Source of the DNA: Candidatus Poribacteria bacterium
Lineage (GTDB): Bacteria > Poribacteria > WGA-4E > WGA-3G
Assembly: GCA_965215265.1 (NCBI GenBank)
Contig: OZ244048.1
Coordinates: 4,384,001 to 4,448,000, forward strand
Length of the DNA stretch: 64,000 nt
Direction of reading: 5' to 3'
Shown one piece after another: positions 9,984 to 19,733 of the stretch. Position numbers and translations under genes: made by a program. Within the stretch, counting starts at the first letter, position 1; the number at the start of each line of letters is the position of its first letter. The notes beneath the pieces are model-generated. The model ran no database searches, was not told the origin of the DNA, and saw only the letters and a list, made by a program, of their open reading frames with translations.

Positions 9984-10775
9984 TTATTTGCTATCGGGTA
10001 GATAAAGGACTTCTGGCGGGATAATCTCTTCTTTTTGATCTGGTGGCCACCAAAACAATCGCAGTCCTTGTTCCCCATACCCTTGGAAATATCGGATTTC
10101 TATATCGTGTAATCCAGTGGTGAGCTCCACTGGACCATACGCAGTGGTGAAATCCTGTCTTCCGTCATTTTGTACGATACGCCTTCTTTTGACATACACC
10201 TGAGCACCATCATCGGATTGGATTTTAAAGATGTGGAGGCCGGGGTTTTCAACCAGCAGTCTCCCGCGGAACCGCATTGCGAAATCGCGGGTGTGATGGA
10301 TTCCCAGTTCGTCAAAGGGGCCTCGTCTTTGGTGCCAATTAATATTGTCTACGACAAAGGTCTTAACTGGTTTTAGCCATCTGAAATTTGGTATCGCTCT
10401 CAGGAAGCTGATGCCAGGTGTATAGACCTCCGCCTGCAAGCCATTTTGGGGGACTGCTTCTCCCATGCGTCCTGCTACCAAGGTGAGGTCGAGGATATTG
10501 ATTCTTCCGTCGCCGTTTAGATCAGGATTCGGCCTCTCATTTGCAACGGCAACCCCCCCCAACCTCGACGCAACTGCAGTCAGATCCAGGATGTTTATAA
10601 CGCCGTCGCGATTGAGATCGGAAGTCTTTAACAGATTTAAAGCGATTAACGGATCCACGGGCTTCGTTTCGGCTTTGAGAGAATCACTGTTTTCGAGATT
10701 ACCGGCGGCGTTGGGCGAAACACACAACACTGCGATAAGCAGCAAGTTCAGAATTATTACACTTTTTTTATTCAT
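9984..10775 (-). CDS. Secreted dockerin-like + PA14 domain protein
   Basis: Signal peptide, two DLNxDGxINILDL repeats, PA14 motifs (FAMRFRG, SDDGAQVYV, HDIEIRYFQ). Confidence 0.85.
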   Translation of the reverse strand: MNKKSVIILNLLLIAVLCVSPNAAGNLENSDSLKAETKPVDPLIALNLLKTSDLNRDGVINILDLTAVASRLGGVAVANERPNPDLNGDGRINILDLTLVAGRMGEAVPQNGLQAEVYTPGISFLRAIPNFRWLKPVKTFVVDNINWHQRRGPFDELGIHHTRDFAMRFRGRLLVENPGLHIFKIQSDDGAQVYVKRRRIVQNDGRQDFTTAYGPVELTTGLHDIEIRYFQGYGEQGLRLFWWPPDQKEEIIPPEVLYLPDSK

Positions 10776-10984
10776 AAAGAACTCCTTATTTTTCTTTGTC
10801 CAAATCGGAGGGGTAGAGGTGGATACCGATTCTTTGCTGATTTAAATTTAAATACATCCTCGGGTATTTTCTATGTTATTTTTCTACTAAGCAGGCGTTG
10901 TTAATCAAGTGCGGCTATGTATCTGCTGCCCATAACCACAGATACATAGCCCTTTTTTTGCCGTTTTTAATGCAACTTGGGGGT

Positions 10985-11881
10985 TTAAGGGGTAATAGCC
11001 CTTGCACACCGGAAACCGATACCGAAGATCGTGGTCTGCGGGTAACTGTTGTCGATTCTAAAGATACGCGCTTCACGATCAGATCCCCAATAGTCACCTC
11101 CGCGCACAGCGAGATCTGAGTCAAAACTTCTATAGTTCTCTATAATTTCAGCGATATTCGGGTTCGAATCAAACGGATCTTTATTCAGACACCACTCTGC
11201 CACATTGCCTGCCATGTCATACAGCCCATATCCGTTCGCCGCATAACTCCCCACAGGCGTTGTATCGCCTACATTATTACCGTAGTTCGCATCGTCCGGC
11301 GTTATCGTGTTCCCCCACGGGTATCTCTTACCAACTAATCCACCGCGGGCCGCATGCTCCCACTCTACCGCTGTTGGCAGACGCTTACCTGCCCACGCTG
11401 CATACGCCATTGCACCATACCAATTCACATTCGTCACAGGATGGTCCCCCTTACCCCAAGGATAGTCATTACCGTCCCAATCTTTGAGGTAATTACCTCT
11501 GTGGAGAGCATCCGATATATTGGCTTCTTGCCACTCGGGATTCGCCAGCACAAAAGTTTGATACTCTGCGTTCGTCACCTCGTGTGTGTCCATGTAGAAC
11601 GCGTATTCTATATGGATAGTCCGCACGTCATCTATGGTGTCCCGAGTGAACGAGCCTGCAGGAATCAGTGCCATGCCTTCGGGAGGCTCTGGTATTGTCT
11701 CGGCTGGTGGTTCTGGTTCCTCGGCTGGTGGTTCTGGTTCCTCGGCTGGTGGTTCCGGTATTTCTTCGGTTGGTGACACTACGGTCGCCAAAGTCTTTTG
11801 GTTTCTATCGCAGCTTGTGATAGAAACGCAGAGTGCCACAGCAAACAATAGGGTCAAAATCGATACAAACTTTCTATTCAT
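10985..11881 (-). CDS. FGE-sulfatase (SUMF1/CLec-fold) lipoprotein
   Basis: Lipobox-like ITSC, Pro/Glu linker, EVTNAEY, RLPTAVEWEHAARGG, NGYGLYDMAGNVAEW, GFRC; start set at ATG 11881. Confidence 0.9.
   Translation of the reverse strand: MNRKFVSILTLLFAVALCVSITSCDRNQKTLATVVSPTEEIPEPPAEEPEPPAEEPEPPAETIPEPPEGMALIPAGSFTRDTIDDVRTIHIEYAFYMDTHEVTNAEYQTFVLANPEWQEANISDALHRGNYLKDWDGNDYPWGKGDHPVTNVNWYGAMAYAAWAGKRLPTAVEWEHAARGGLVGKRYPWGNTITPDDANYGNNVGDTTPVGSYAANGYGLYDMAGNVAEWCLNKDPFDSNPNIAEIIENYRSFDSDLAVRGGDYWGSDREARIFRIDNSYPQTTIFGIGFRCARAITP
11699..11759 (-). repeat. 21-bp coding tandem repeat x3 (EPEPPAE linker)
   Basis: ctcggctggtggttctggttc repeated. Confidence 0.85.
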
Positions 11882-12239
11882 TACCACGATGCCTTTTTTC
11901 GCGTTCATCCAATCTTTCATTTCAAAATATCCTTTCGGACAATGTGTCCGTTGGCGATGCGGTTATCGCACCGGTTAGGTTCATAAAGAGTTATCGGTTT
12001 GATTGCGGGCGGGTCGGCACACAGAGGCAGCCGGAACCCCGCCCACAACACGGAGAAGTTAACATAAGTGCACTTATGGCTGTCTTTCATAAACGCGCGA
12101 AAGACAGAAGAAGGAGTGAGTGCACTTGTGTTATCAGGTAAGGTGCCGAGGCGACTGGCATACCGGCACCGTTGGCATAAGCCAACTGGGTCCGCACGCA
12201 GGTGCCCGGGGGCCCTGCAACTGAACGCCGCATGCACAA

Positions 12240-12290
12240 GAAAAAAAGCCTGCAACGGCCTCCACCGTCCGAGACGGGAGGCGTGCAGGC
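12240..12290 (-). terminator. Intrinsic terminator-like hairpin
   Basis: Nested stems GCCTGCA/TGCAGGC, GCCTCC/GGAGGC, CCGTC/GACGG followed by a T-tract on the minus strand. Confidence 0.5.
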
Positions 12291-12647
12291 GTGAGAAAGC
12301 AGCAACGAAGGTAGATTTAGATGCTGCCTTAGTTAATAAAAGGGTTAATATACGTGAAGTTAGGGGGGGGTCAATCGTCTTAACTGGGACTTAAAACACA
12401 CGACAGCACGGCATACGCACGCGTTCGTGCCAAAACTACAAACCCGCAACACGGGGCCAGGCACTCTGCTTATGGGGTAAACGGACTCTCGGTGTTTCAT
12501 CTGTTCTATTTTCCCTTGTTCTGATTCTAGTGAATGCAGTTTATTAGAAACCAACACTTTTTGTCAAACTTTCTTTTTGCCTGACTCAAAGTGTATTTTA
12601 TATTATAACACAATCAACGTTTTTTGTCAAGTCTTTTTTCAGATTTT

Positions 12648-13138
12648 TCAGATTTTTGTATACTGCAGCATATCAACATGAATTCGGAAGACGCTGTCCA
12701 CATGTTCGGGCGAAAGTGCTCGTAAACAGGCCTTCATACCCTCATGCTGACGTGTTCTACGAGAAAAAACGCTAAGTTCCGTTGTTGCACCCGGGTGAAA
12801 TTGGCGAAGAAAGGGGAGAACGCCTCCCGAATCCAGTTTCCAAACATCCCCTATATTGACGGGGAAGATGGGAGAAAGGCTTGAAATGCCGATGAACGAT
12901 ATTCCCTCATCGGATGTGCAGGGTTGAAATTGAACAGGGCTAACGCCTGTTCCCATGTCATATCCACTTGCTCAGGAGAGTGCCGTTTTATCGCGCGTTT
13001 TTTGAGTCTGTTAAACTTATCTTGTGGTAACCGGTGTAAATGATACTTTGCATCCGCTATCGCTTCCCAATGCACCTGCACACTGGATGAACTTTGCAGC
13101 GCATTGCTAAGGTCTATCATGATTTTCGCCTCTATCAC
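12648..13138 (-). pseudogene. Frameshifted, truncated gene resembling the core of selenoprotein N-like proteins
   Basis: ORFs 12851-13138 and 12648-12956 join at the G-run 12861-12864 into AFLPSSPVNIGDVW...LRQFHP...ACLRALS...VFRIH. Confidence 0.55.
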
Positions 13139-13147
13139 TAGGAGTAT

Positions 13148-13176
13148 TATCAGGAGGGCAGGTACCCTCCTGATAA
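13148..13176 (-). terminator. Hairpin downstream of secreted-protein gene
   Basis: TTATCAGGAGGG...CCCTCCTGATAA inverted repeat; no clear U-tract. Confidence 0.45.
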
Positions 13177-13195
13177 GCCTGGTTTGGTTGTGAAA

Positions 13196-14062
13196 TTAGC
13201 GAACCTGTTTGATTGAACCCCAGGTTGTCGCGAGTTTGTTCTTGGCTTCGACATCAAACGTTCCGTTTTCAGCAAGCCAGTTGTTGATGAATTCTACAAC
13301 GCCGATTCCACGGATATCCTCGTTTTCGGGCCATTCAGGCGAAGATTTCTGCCACATTGCAGCAATCATGCCGGTTCCGTCTTTGCCTGGTGTTTTGCTA
13401 ATAGCCACCGCCGGATCGGCATTATTTTTATCGGCTTCGGCAAAAATGACTAAGTCCCAATCCGAGCCGTCAAACTGTTCTACATGCCAGGGACGATCCG
13501 AACTAAAGGCTTTCATTGATGGGATGATTTGTTTGCCGAGGTCTGTCGGTTTCATAGCGCCATTCCGGGCACCGAAACTTAATCCCGGAATATCAAAGAC
13601 ATTGGCAGCACCATCAGGACCGTTATTTGGGCTACGGACTCCGCCTTCGTAGCTCATGTAGAAGATCCAATCTGCCACATTAATAACAATATTGCCTGCC
13701 TCAACGAAGTTTTCGACATTAGATCCGTCTGCATCTTTATTCGGGAACTCATAAAGTGCGCTCGGACAGGTTCCACACGCGAGAATAATCACATCTTGTT
13801 GTCCGTTGTCGGTATGTTCTACGGTCCACTTCGCGAGTGGCGAACCGTCGCCTTCTTCATCGCCGTCACCGAAATCTTCAATGCTGTTAAAGAGTGCTTT
13901 AATACCGGGATCGTTTTTAATCACTTTGACGTTTTCCGCAACAGCCTTGTCGGAAATCCAGCCTGGATTCGTTGGGCCAGAGTAGAATGCCAAATCGTTG
14001 GCTGAAACCATAGCCACACTGCTCAAGAGGGCAAAGATGGCTATACTAACATAAAGTTTCAT
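13196..14062 (-). CDS. Secreted hypothetical protein with C-terminal KLATTWGSIK tail (paralog 1)
   Basis: AAGGAGG RBS before ATG 14062, signal peptide, strong similarity to 14277-15149. Confidence 0.85.
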   Translation of the reverse strand: MKLYVSIAIFALLSSVAMVSANDLAFYSGPTNPGWISDKAVAENVKVIKNDPGIKALFNSIEDFGDGDEEGDGSPLAKWTVEHTDNGQQDVIILACGTCPSALYEFPNKDADGSNVENFVEAGNIVINVADWIFYMSYEGGVRSPNNGPDGAANVFDIPGLSFGARNGAMKPTDLGKQIIPSMKAFSSDRPWHVEQFDGSDWDLVIFAEADKNNADPAVAISKTPGKDGTGMIAAMWQKSSPEWPENEDIRGIGVVEFINNWLAENGTFDVEAKNKLATTWGSIKQVR

Positions 14063-14276
14063 GATGTTTGACTCCTCCTTTGAGAGGTTTCTCATAATCG
14101 GCAAATACGGGACTCCCGTTCACTTGCCGATTATGGTTCTGTTTCTAAGTATTAGTAGGACATTAGAATGCCCTACTCCGTATTAGTTGAAGGGTAAATC
14201 GTTATCAACGAACTGCTCTAGTTGGTACGTTTTGAAAGCGTTCCAACTAGAGCGGTTTCTTACCGTGAGTTGGGTT

Positions 14277-15149
14277 TTAGTATGCCGCTTTGATTTTTCC
14301 CCAGGTTGTTGCTACTTTATCCTGGGCTTCTACAGGGGTTGTGATACTTCCGTTTTCGATGAGCCAGTTGGCGATAAATTCAATAACGCCTGTTGCTCTT
14401 GGGTCATCGCCATCCCAATCTGGTTGTGCTTTCTGCCACATGGCTGCAATGATACCGCCATACGTTTGGTTAACCGCTACAGCAGGATCGGCAGAATTTG
14501 GGTCGTCGTTTGAAATAGCAAAAGGGGTAACTTCCCAATCGGTGCCTTCAAATTGTTCAAGGTGCCATGGGCGGTCAGACTGAAATTCCACTAACGATGG
14601 GATATATTGCTCGCCCATTTCAGTAGGAACAGCGCTCCCACCGCGGGCTCCGAAGCTTAAGCCAGGGATATCAAAGACGTTAGCGGCACCATCAGGACCG
14701 TTATTCTCGCTTCGGCTTCCGCCCTCGTAGCTCATGTACAAAATCCAATCTGCAACGTTGATAAAGACGTTCCCGTCCTCAATGAAGTTTTCGATATTGG
14801 AATCGTCTGGGTCTACGTTAGGAAATTGATAGATTGCGCTCGGTGCAGTTCCGGATGCTGCGATAAAGACATCTTGTTGCCCGTTACCGGTGTGTTCCTG
14901 CATCCATTTACCTAGGGCAGAATCGTAACCCACTTCGTCGCCATCACCGTAGTTATTAATGGTTGCAAAGATTGATTTTATCTGATCATCGTTCATAATT
15001 GTTTCAGCATTGGCAATAGCGGCATCTTGTGAGATCCACCCTGGATTTGTCGGTCCTGAATAAATTGCCAGATCTGCTGCTATTCCACGTGTCAAAGCGG
15101 TGAGCATAAGCGATAAACTAAATATCGCAATGAGAAAGAGCACACGCAT
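14277..15149 (-). CDS. Secreted hypothetical protein with C-terminal KVATTWGKIK tail (paralog 2)
   Basis: Signal peptide; shares YSGPTNPGWIS, YMSYEGG, NGPDGAANVFDIPGLSFGAR and SDRPWH with the adjacent paralog. Confidence 0.85.
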   Translation of the reverse strand: MRVLFLIAIFSLSLMLTALTRGIAADLAIYSGPTNPGWISQDAAIANAETIMNDDQIKSIFATINNYGDGDEVGYDSALGKWMQEHTGNGQQDVFIAASGTAPSAIYQFPNVDPDDSNIENFIEDGNVFINVADWILYMSYEGGSRSENNGPDGAANVFDIPGLSFGARGGSAVPTEMGEQYIPSLVEFQSDRPWHLEQFEGTDWEVTPFAISNDDPNSADPAVAVNQTYGGIIAAMWQKAQPDWDGDDPRATGVIEFIANWLIENGSITTPVEAQDKVATTWGKIKAAY

Positions 15150-15380
15150 AAATAAATTATCTCCTTATTATGTTAATGTTAATTGGCGTAACAGTTTGAG
15201 GTGTCTGTGAAGTCACTTGCAATGCAATCGCCTGAGATCTAAACAGCGACGCTTCTGTGACATTTTCAATAGATTGTGAGGAATTTGTCCTCTCAATGCT
15301 TACTGTAAATTATACGCTAAGATGCCGATAATGTCAACTCTTTTTTTTCACAAATTTGTATCTTCGGAAAAGTTGAGTGA

Positions 15381-16112
15381 CTACTGTTTAAGTTCGCCCC
15401 ACGTCACAGCAATTTTACCGTGTGGTTCAACAGCGAGATTGACTTCGCGCGGTGTATCGTAAAGGTAAAGGTTATCTATGTAATAGTGTTGGAGCTGATT
15501 GGTGTGAATTCCGAGTACCCCCTTGGGGTGAAGATTCTTCGGGTCAGTCCATTCTATAACCTTTTCTTGGACGAGTGAGCCCTGCTTTTTTATATAGAGT
15601 TCAAAGTTGTTATCATTTCCCAATAACGCCAGCGTGTACCATATTTTGGTTTCAACGGGGAATGGGAATTCGGCTCTGAGTTCACGATACTCGTTCCATG
15701 TGCCCCGGTCGTTTCCTTCGCGTTTGTACCAACGAGCTGAATTCGGGCGTCCGAATCCATCTATGGGTGTGATAATCAGTTGATAGAAGTGGTAGTCTTC
15801 ATTATTGGCGCGGAATAGGAGTTCCATCTTACTCGGGGCCGGTTTGTCTAGCAATTGAAAGTCGAGTTGGAGCCCGAAGTCTTCAAACTCTATTAATCCG
15901 TACCCGAAATCAACTTCGCCATTCCCATCTCCGGCAACCCGGTGGATTTCAAGTTTACCATCCTTTATATCCCAAGATTCGTCTTGGCCTTTCCAATAGT
16001 TGTCTTTCAATTTACCTTTAAAGTCATCTGCAACGAGGAGCGCTGCGTCGCTTACCCGGCAGAAAAACAGAATAGACATTATCAAGCAAAAGAAAATAGC
16101 AATTTTTCGCAC
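15381..16112 (-). CDS. Secreted concanavalin/DUF1080-like beta-sandwich protein with KIAVTWGELK tail
   Basis: GGAGGT RBS before GTG 16112, signal peptide, DDF...W.IKDG..., final strand YYIDNLYL. Confidence 0.7.
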   Translation of the reverse strand: MRKIAIFFCLIMSILFFCRVSDAALLVADDFKGKLKDNYWKGQDESWDIKDGKLEIHRVAGDGNGEVDFGYGLIEFEDFGLQLDFQLLDKPAPSKMELLFRANNEDYHFYQLIITPIDGFGRPNSARWYKREGNDRGTWNEYRELRAEFPFPVETKIWYTLALLGNDNNFELYIKKQGSLVQEKVIEWTDPKNLHPKGVLGIHTNQLQHYYIDNLYLYDTPREVNLAVEPHGKIAVTWGELKQ

Positions 16113-16490
16113 AATCGTTACCTCCGTTAGAATAAGCATCACTCTCTAATTACAATCGATTTTTTATCCATCTCAAACAATTATAATTGATTTTTTTTAT
16201 TGATGTCAAACGTTTTTATTTTGCAAAGAATCCACCTCTACCCGAGATGTTTTTTCAATCGGTAGCCAAGAAAGCGTGCCTGTATTCAAAGTTATGGAAA
16301 CGAGGGTTCCGCAACCAATAGTGGTAATCTGTCTATAGTGATTAAACTTTCGGAATGTGAGAGGTGCTCACTGCATTCAAAAAATCCCTCTTGCATGCTC
16401 CGGATACTGCTGACTACTTGTATCATGCCGGTTTAACAGCCCTGAGAACCGACCAGGTATCTCAAGCCTTCGCCTACCGTGCTTAAGCGA

Positions 16491-16595
16491 TTGCGAGAAA
16501 AGTGATTGAAGAATCATAACCTAGTGAGGTTCAGACGAGATTTACACACGAGTTATCAAAACATAGACGTTGATGGTACGGAGATATACAAAAAA
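16491..16595 (+). repeat. ~87-bp dispersed repeat, copy with parent-gene tail (ARKVIEES*)
   Basis: gaagaatcataacctagtgagg...cgagatttacacacg...ggagatatacaaaaaa. Confidence 0.9.
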
Positions 16596-16647
16596 CCTTC
16601 AAAGCAGCAGTCTGGTAGGCGAGATATATCAGGTACCGACGGGGTGC

Positions 16648-19578
16648 CTATTCGTTGTTTAACTTTGGATTCATTTGGCTTGGCCCGTTATTTTGCCAAT
16701 TGTCTGCCTTCTCTTTTAGTTTTTCCATATCGTCAGGATTCTTAATATCGACGATATGCGGGGTAATGATGATAACAATCTCCGCATCTTCAATAACCTT
16801 TTCCGTATTCTTAAAGAACCTGCCAATCCAGGGGATATCGCCTAAAATCGGAAGTTTATTTTCGACCTCTTTCTGTTTTTTACGAATGATGCCGCCGACA
16901 ACCAGCTGTTGTCCGTCTTTAACATCAATATAGACACTGATTGAATTGTCATCCGTTATAGGTGCGTTGAAGTCAGTAAATTCTATGAAGTTACTGGCAC
17001 TGATATTTTCGATATCGAGGCCGATAGTACGTTTTTCATCTTCGCCAGCTTGCGATTTAGCGATATAAGGTGTGAGTGAGATGTTAATCCCGACCGGTGG
17101 GTCGATGAAATCATAATTGAAGAGAGGCTGCGAGATGCCTTCCCTTAAGATGCTATTGGTATCTACGCTCTGGAGGTAAGGTATACGTCTACCGCTGCTC
17201 CATGTTGCGTTCCAGCTGTCGCGTGTCAAGAGTGAGGGTGTCGAAAGTGTCTTTACCTTATTCTCCCGGATCAGCGTGTGGAGCAGTGCCATATACTCTT
17301 TCGTTGCCAAACTGAGGTTAAATCCAGAAATCTCCCCATCCAGTCCTAATTGGCTATCCAGTTCTCCAACAAGAGGATTGCCGGGTTGAGCCGCGATGCC
17401 GAAAATCCGGTTTTCTTGGGCTGCCAATTCAATACCGAGTTTCGTTGTTTCGTCAAGTGTGACTTCAAGAATTTGTATATCGATCCAGACTTGCCCGCGT
17501 ACAAAGTCTAACTTTTTAATCAGTGCCTTGACATCCGGAAGGTAGCGTTGTAGGGTTGTGACGATGAGCGAATTGGTATCCGTTTCAGCATAAACGGTAA
17601 CCTTCCCGCGCAAGGAATTAATATCGTTTTGCTCTAATCTGCCTCCTGTAGCAAAGAACCGGGTGAAACTGAAACCGCGATTTTCGCTTGATGTTCCTTC
17701 CCAAACTTGGTCAAGTAACTGAGCGAGCTGTTCTGCATTGCCGTATTCAAGCCGGATTGTTTCTGTTATCTCTTTCTGTCCTTCCGGTGTCGGTACATCC
17801 ATTGATGCGATGAATTCAGAAATTAGGTCGAAATTACGTTGGGTTGCGGTTGACACGATAACTGCGTTGAGGGTAGGATAAGGTTCCGCTGTGACATTGC
17901 CTGCTAGTGAACCTTGTGTCTGATTGCGTTGCCGTTCTGCGAGAAAGAAAAAGAAGTTTCTCGAATTTCCTGAGCTGCCTTGGTAGACATTGTTAATCAC
18001 ATTTGCTACGTTTTCGGCGTCGGCGTATTTGAGTTTGTACATGCGGGTGCCCCATTCCTGATTAGGCATATTGACATCAAGTCTTTTGATGAGCGTATCA
18101 ATGGTTTCAAAATTCTGTGAAGCCGTAGAGATAAGTAGTGCGTTAAGTCGTGTATCTGCGACGATATGGACTTCGCCTTGCACCCCGAAGCCGCCATCTT
18201 CAGTGGGTCTCCGTTCTCTGCGCTCCCACCAAGGCCGGTCTCTATCGGCTCCAGCACTACCGCCTTCAAACAGATCTTGTAGGTCAGTTGATAGGGTTTC
18301 AGCATTGGCGAATTGTAGGAAATAGAGTTTAATCTCTTCTTGCGTCTGTTCCTGATCTAATTCGTTGATAACCTTTTCAATGATAGGAAAATTGCGCGGG
18401 TCGGAAGAGACAACGACAACATTTAACCGGTCATCATATGAGATGTTAACAGTCCCTACAATTCCTTGGAATTCGGAACTAGTGAGTCCGCGCTCCCGTC
18501 GATAGGCGCTTAGTTTGGCACGATCCCACGGATCTAGGCGTCGTCCCCGTCCTGTATTTTCTTCTCCAACGATGACTTCTTCAAGTGTTGAGGCAACATC
18601 TTCGGCGACAGCGTACTTGAGACGGAATACGCGAATCTCTGCTTGCAGATTGGGGGCAATGTCAAGTTTACGGATGAGTTCGCGGATGTAGACGAGATTG
18701 GTTTCGGATGCTTTGACGACGAGTGCATTAGAATTTTCATCTGCATAGACTTTGATGATGCCTTCAAGCATTTCAAAGTCTTCGCCTTGTTGAATAGTTT
18801 CCTTGGCTCGCGTTGGATCGCCGGCCCGTTTACTGCCAGTTGTTTTTCCTTCTTTATCTTCTTGTTCGAAGACCTGTGTGAGGGTTTGCGCAAGTGATGT
18901 CGCATTTGCGTGGGCTAAGGTTATAATCGCAATTTGTAAGGGGTATTGTTCGCCCTCATCGGCAATTTGTAAGATCTCCACAATCCGACGAATGTTTGAG
19001 GCCACATCGGTGATGACAAGCGAATTGGTGGCAGCATCAGCAAAGATAATCGCTTGTTTATTTAATAGCGGACGTAGTAAGTCGACTTGTGCGGGGGCAA
19101 CAGCATTCTCAAGTTGCACAATGTAAGTCTGGATTTCGTCTGTTTGTTCGACCTGTTCAGGATGGGGGAGGATATGCTTCACAGGGACTTTCATCACAGT
19201 CGCCTTTTCAAAAGTTGTGATGAGTAGCGTGTTATCGGTGTGGATTAACGTGAGATTATATTGGGCGAGCACAGTTTTGATTTTTTCTATTACCTCATCA
19301 AGTGTAACGTTTCTGAGATTAATGAGAGAGAATCTTTTATTTCGGATATCTTCTTCGCTCGCGATGATAGTGAGGTCTGTTTCTCGTGAGAGCCATTCTA
19401 AGAGGCCGTTAAGTTCCTGCCCCGTGAAGTTAAAGTCAAAACGGATAGCACGTCCTTCTTCATCAGTTTCAGCGACACGCATAGATGCTTGTTGCGGGTT
19501 CTGGGCAGGTGACTCAATAAGTGCACCGAACAGCAATCCTATAGAGACAAGTAAAAGAAATGAAAGTCGAACTTTCAT
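16648..19578 (-). CDS. gspD: Type II secretion secretin with expanded N-domains
   Basis: Signal peptide, N0-like domain, six Secretin_N-like repeats, QVWIDIQILEV, LPILGDIPWIGRFFK, IIITPHIV; GAGGAGG RBS before ATG 19578. Confidence 0.92.
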   Translation of the reverse strand: MKVRLSFLLLVSIGLLFGALIESPAQNPQQASMRVAETDEEGRAIRFDFNFTGQELNGLLEWLSRETDLTIIASEEDIRNKRFSLINLRNVTLDEVIEKIKTVLAQYNLTLIHTDNTLLITTFEKATVMKVPVKHILPHPEQVEQTDEIQTYIVQLENAVAPAQVDLLRPLLNKQAIIFADAATNSLVITDVASNIRRIVEILQIADEGEQYPLQIAIITLAHANATSLAQTLTQVFEQEDKEGKTTGSKRAGDPTRAKETIQQGEDFEMLEGIIKVYADENSNALVVKASETNLVYIRELIRKLDIAPNLQAEIRVFRLKYAVAEDVASTLEEVIVGEENTGRGRRLDPWDRAKLSAYRRERGLTSSEFQGIVGTVNISYDDRLNVVVVSSDPRNFPIIEKVINELDQEQTQEEIKLYFLQFANAETLSTDLQDLFEGGSAGADRDRPWWERRERRPTEDGGFGVQGEVHIVADTRLNALLISTASQNFETIDTLIKRLDVNMPNQEWGTRMYKLKYADAENVANVINNVYQGSSGNSRNFFFFLAERQRNQTQGSLAGNVTAEPYPTLNAVIVSTATQRNFDLISEFIASMDVPTPEGQKEITETIRLEYGNAEQLAQLLDQVWEGTSSENRGFSFTRFFATGGRLEQNDINSLRGKVTVYAETDTNSLIVTTLQRYLPDVKALIKKLDFVRGQVWIDIQILEVTLDETTKLGIELAAQENRIFGIAAQPGNPLVGELDSQLGLDGEISGFNLSLATKEYMALLHTLIRENKVKTLSTPSLLTRDSWNATWSSGRRIPYLQSVDTNSILREGISQPLFNYDFIDPPVGINISLTPYIAKSQAGEDEKRTIGLDIENISASNFIEFTDFNAPITDDNSISVYIDVKDGQQLVVGGIIRKKQKEVENKLPILGDIPWIGRFFKNTEKVIEDAEIVIIITPHIVDIKNPDDMEKLKEKADNWQNNGPSQMNPKLNNE

Positions 19579-19733
19579 AGAGATATTCCTCCTCAATTTT
19601 TTTTGATAGCGTTCAATGGTGATATCCACAACTTAAATCCGACCTTCAATGGCACTGCCGACTCTTCCCTGCTTGCAAGGCTAAAGTCGGCAAAAGCCAC
19701 TTTTCAGCAATCATTTGTTAAACGGAGTAGAGA

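Noticed and set aside
11155-11180. tRNA T-loop-like GGTTCGAATC
   Set aside because: Lies inside the FGE CDS with no cloverleaf around it.
12128-12220. SAM-I riboswitch (ttatcag...gactggc...ccggca)
   Set aside because: Only scattered word matches, the P1/P4 elements are missing, and there is no downstream plus-strand gene.
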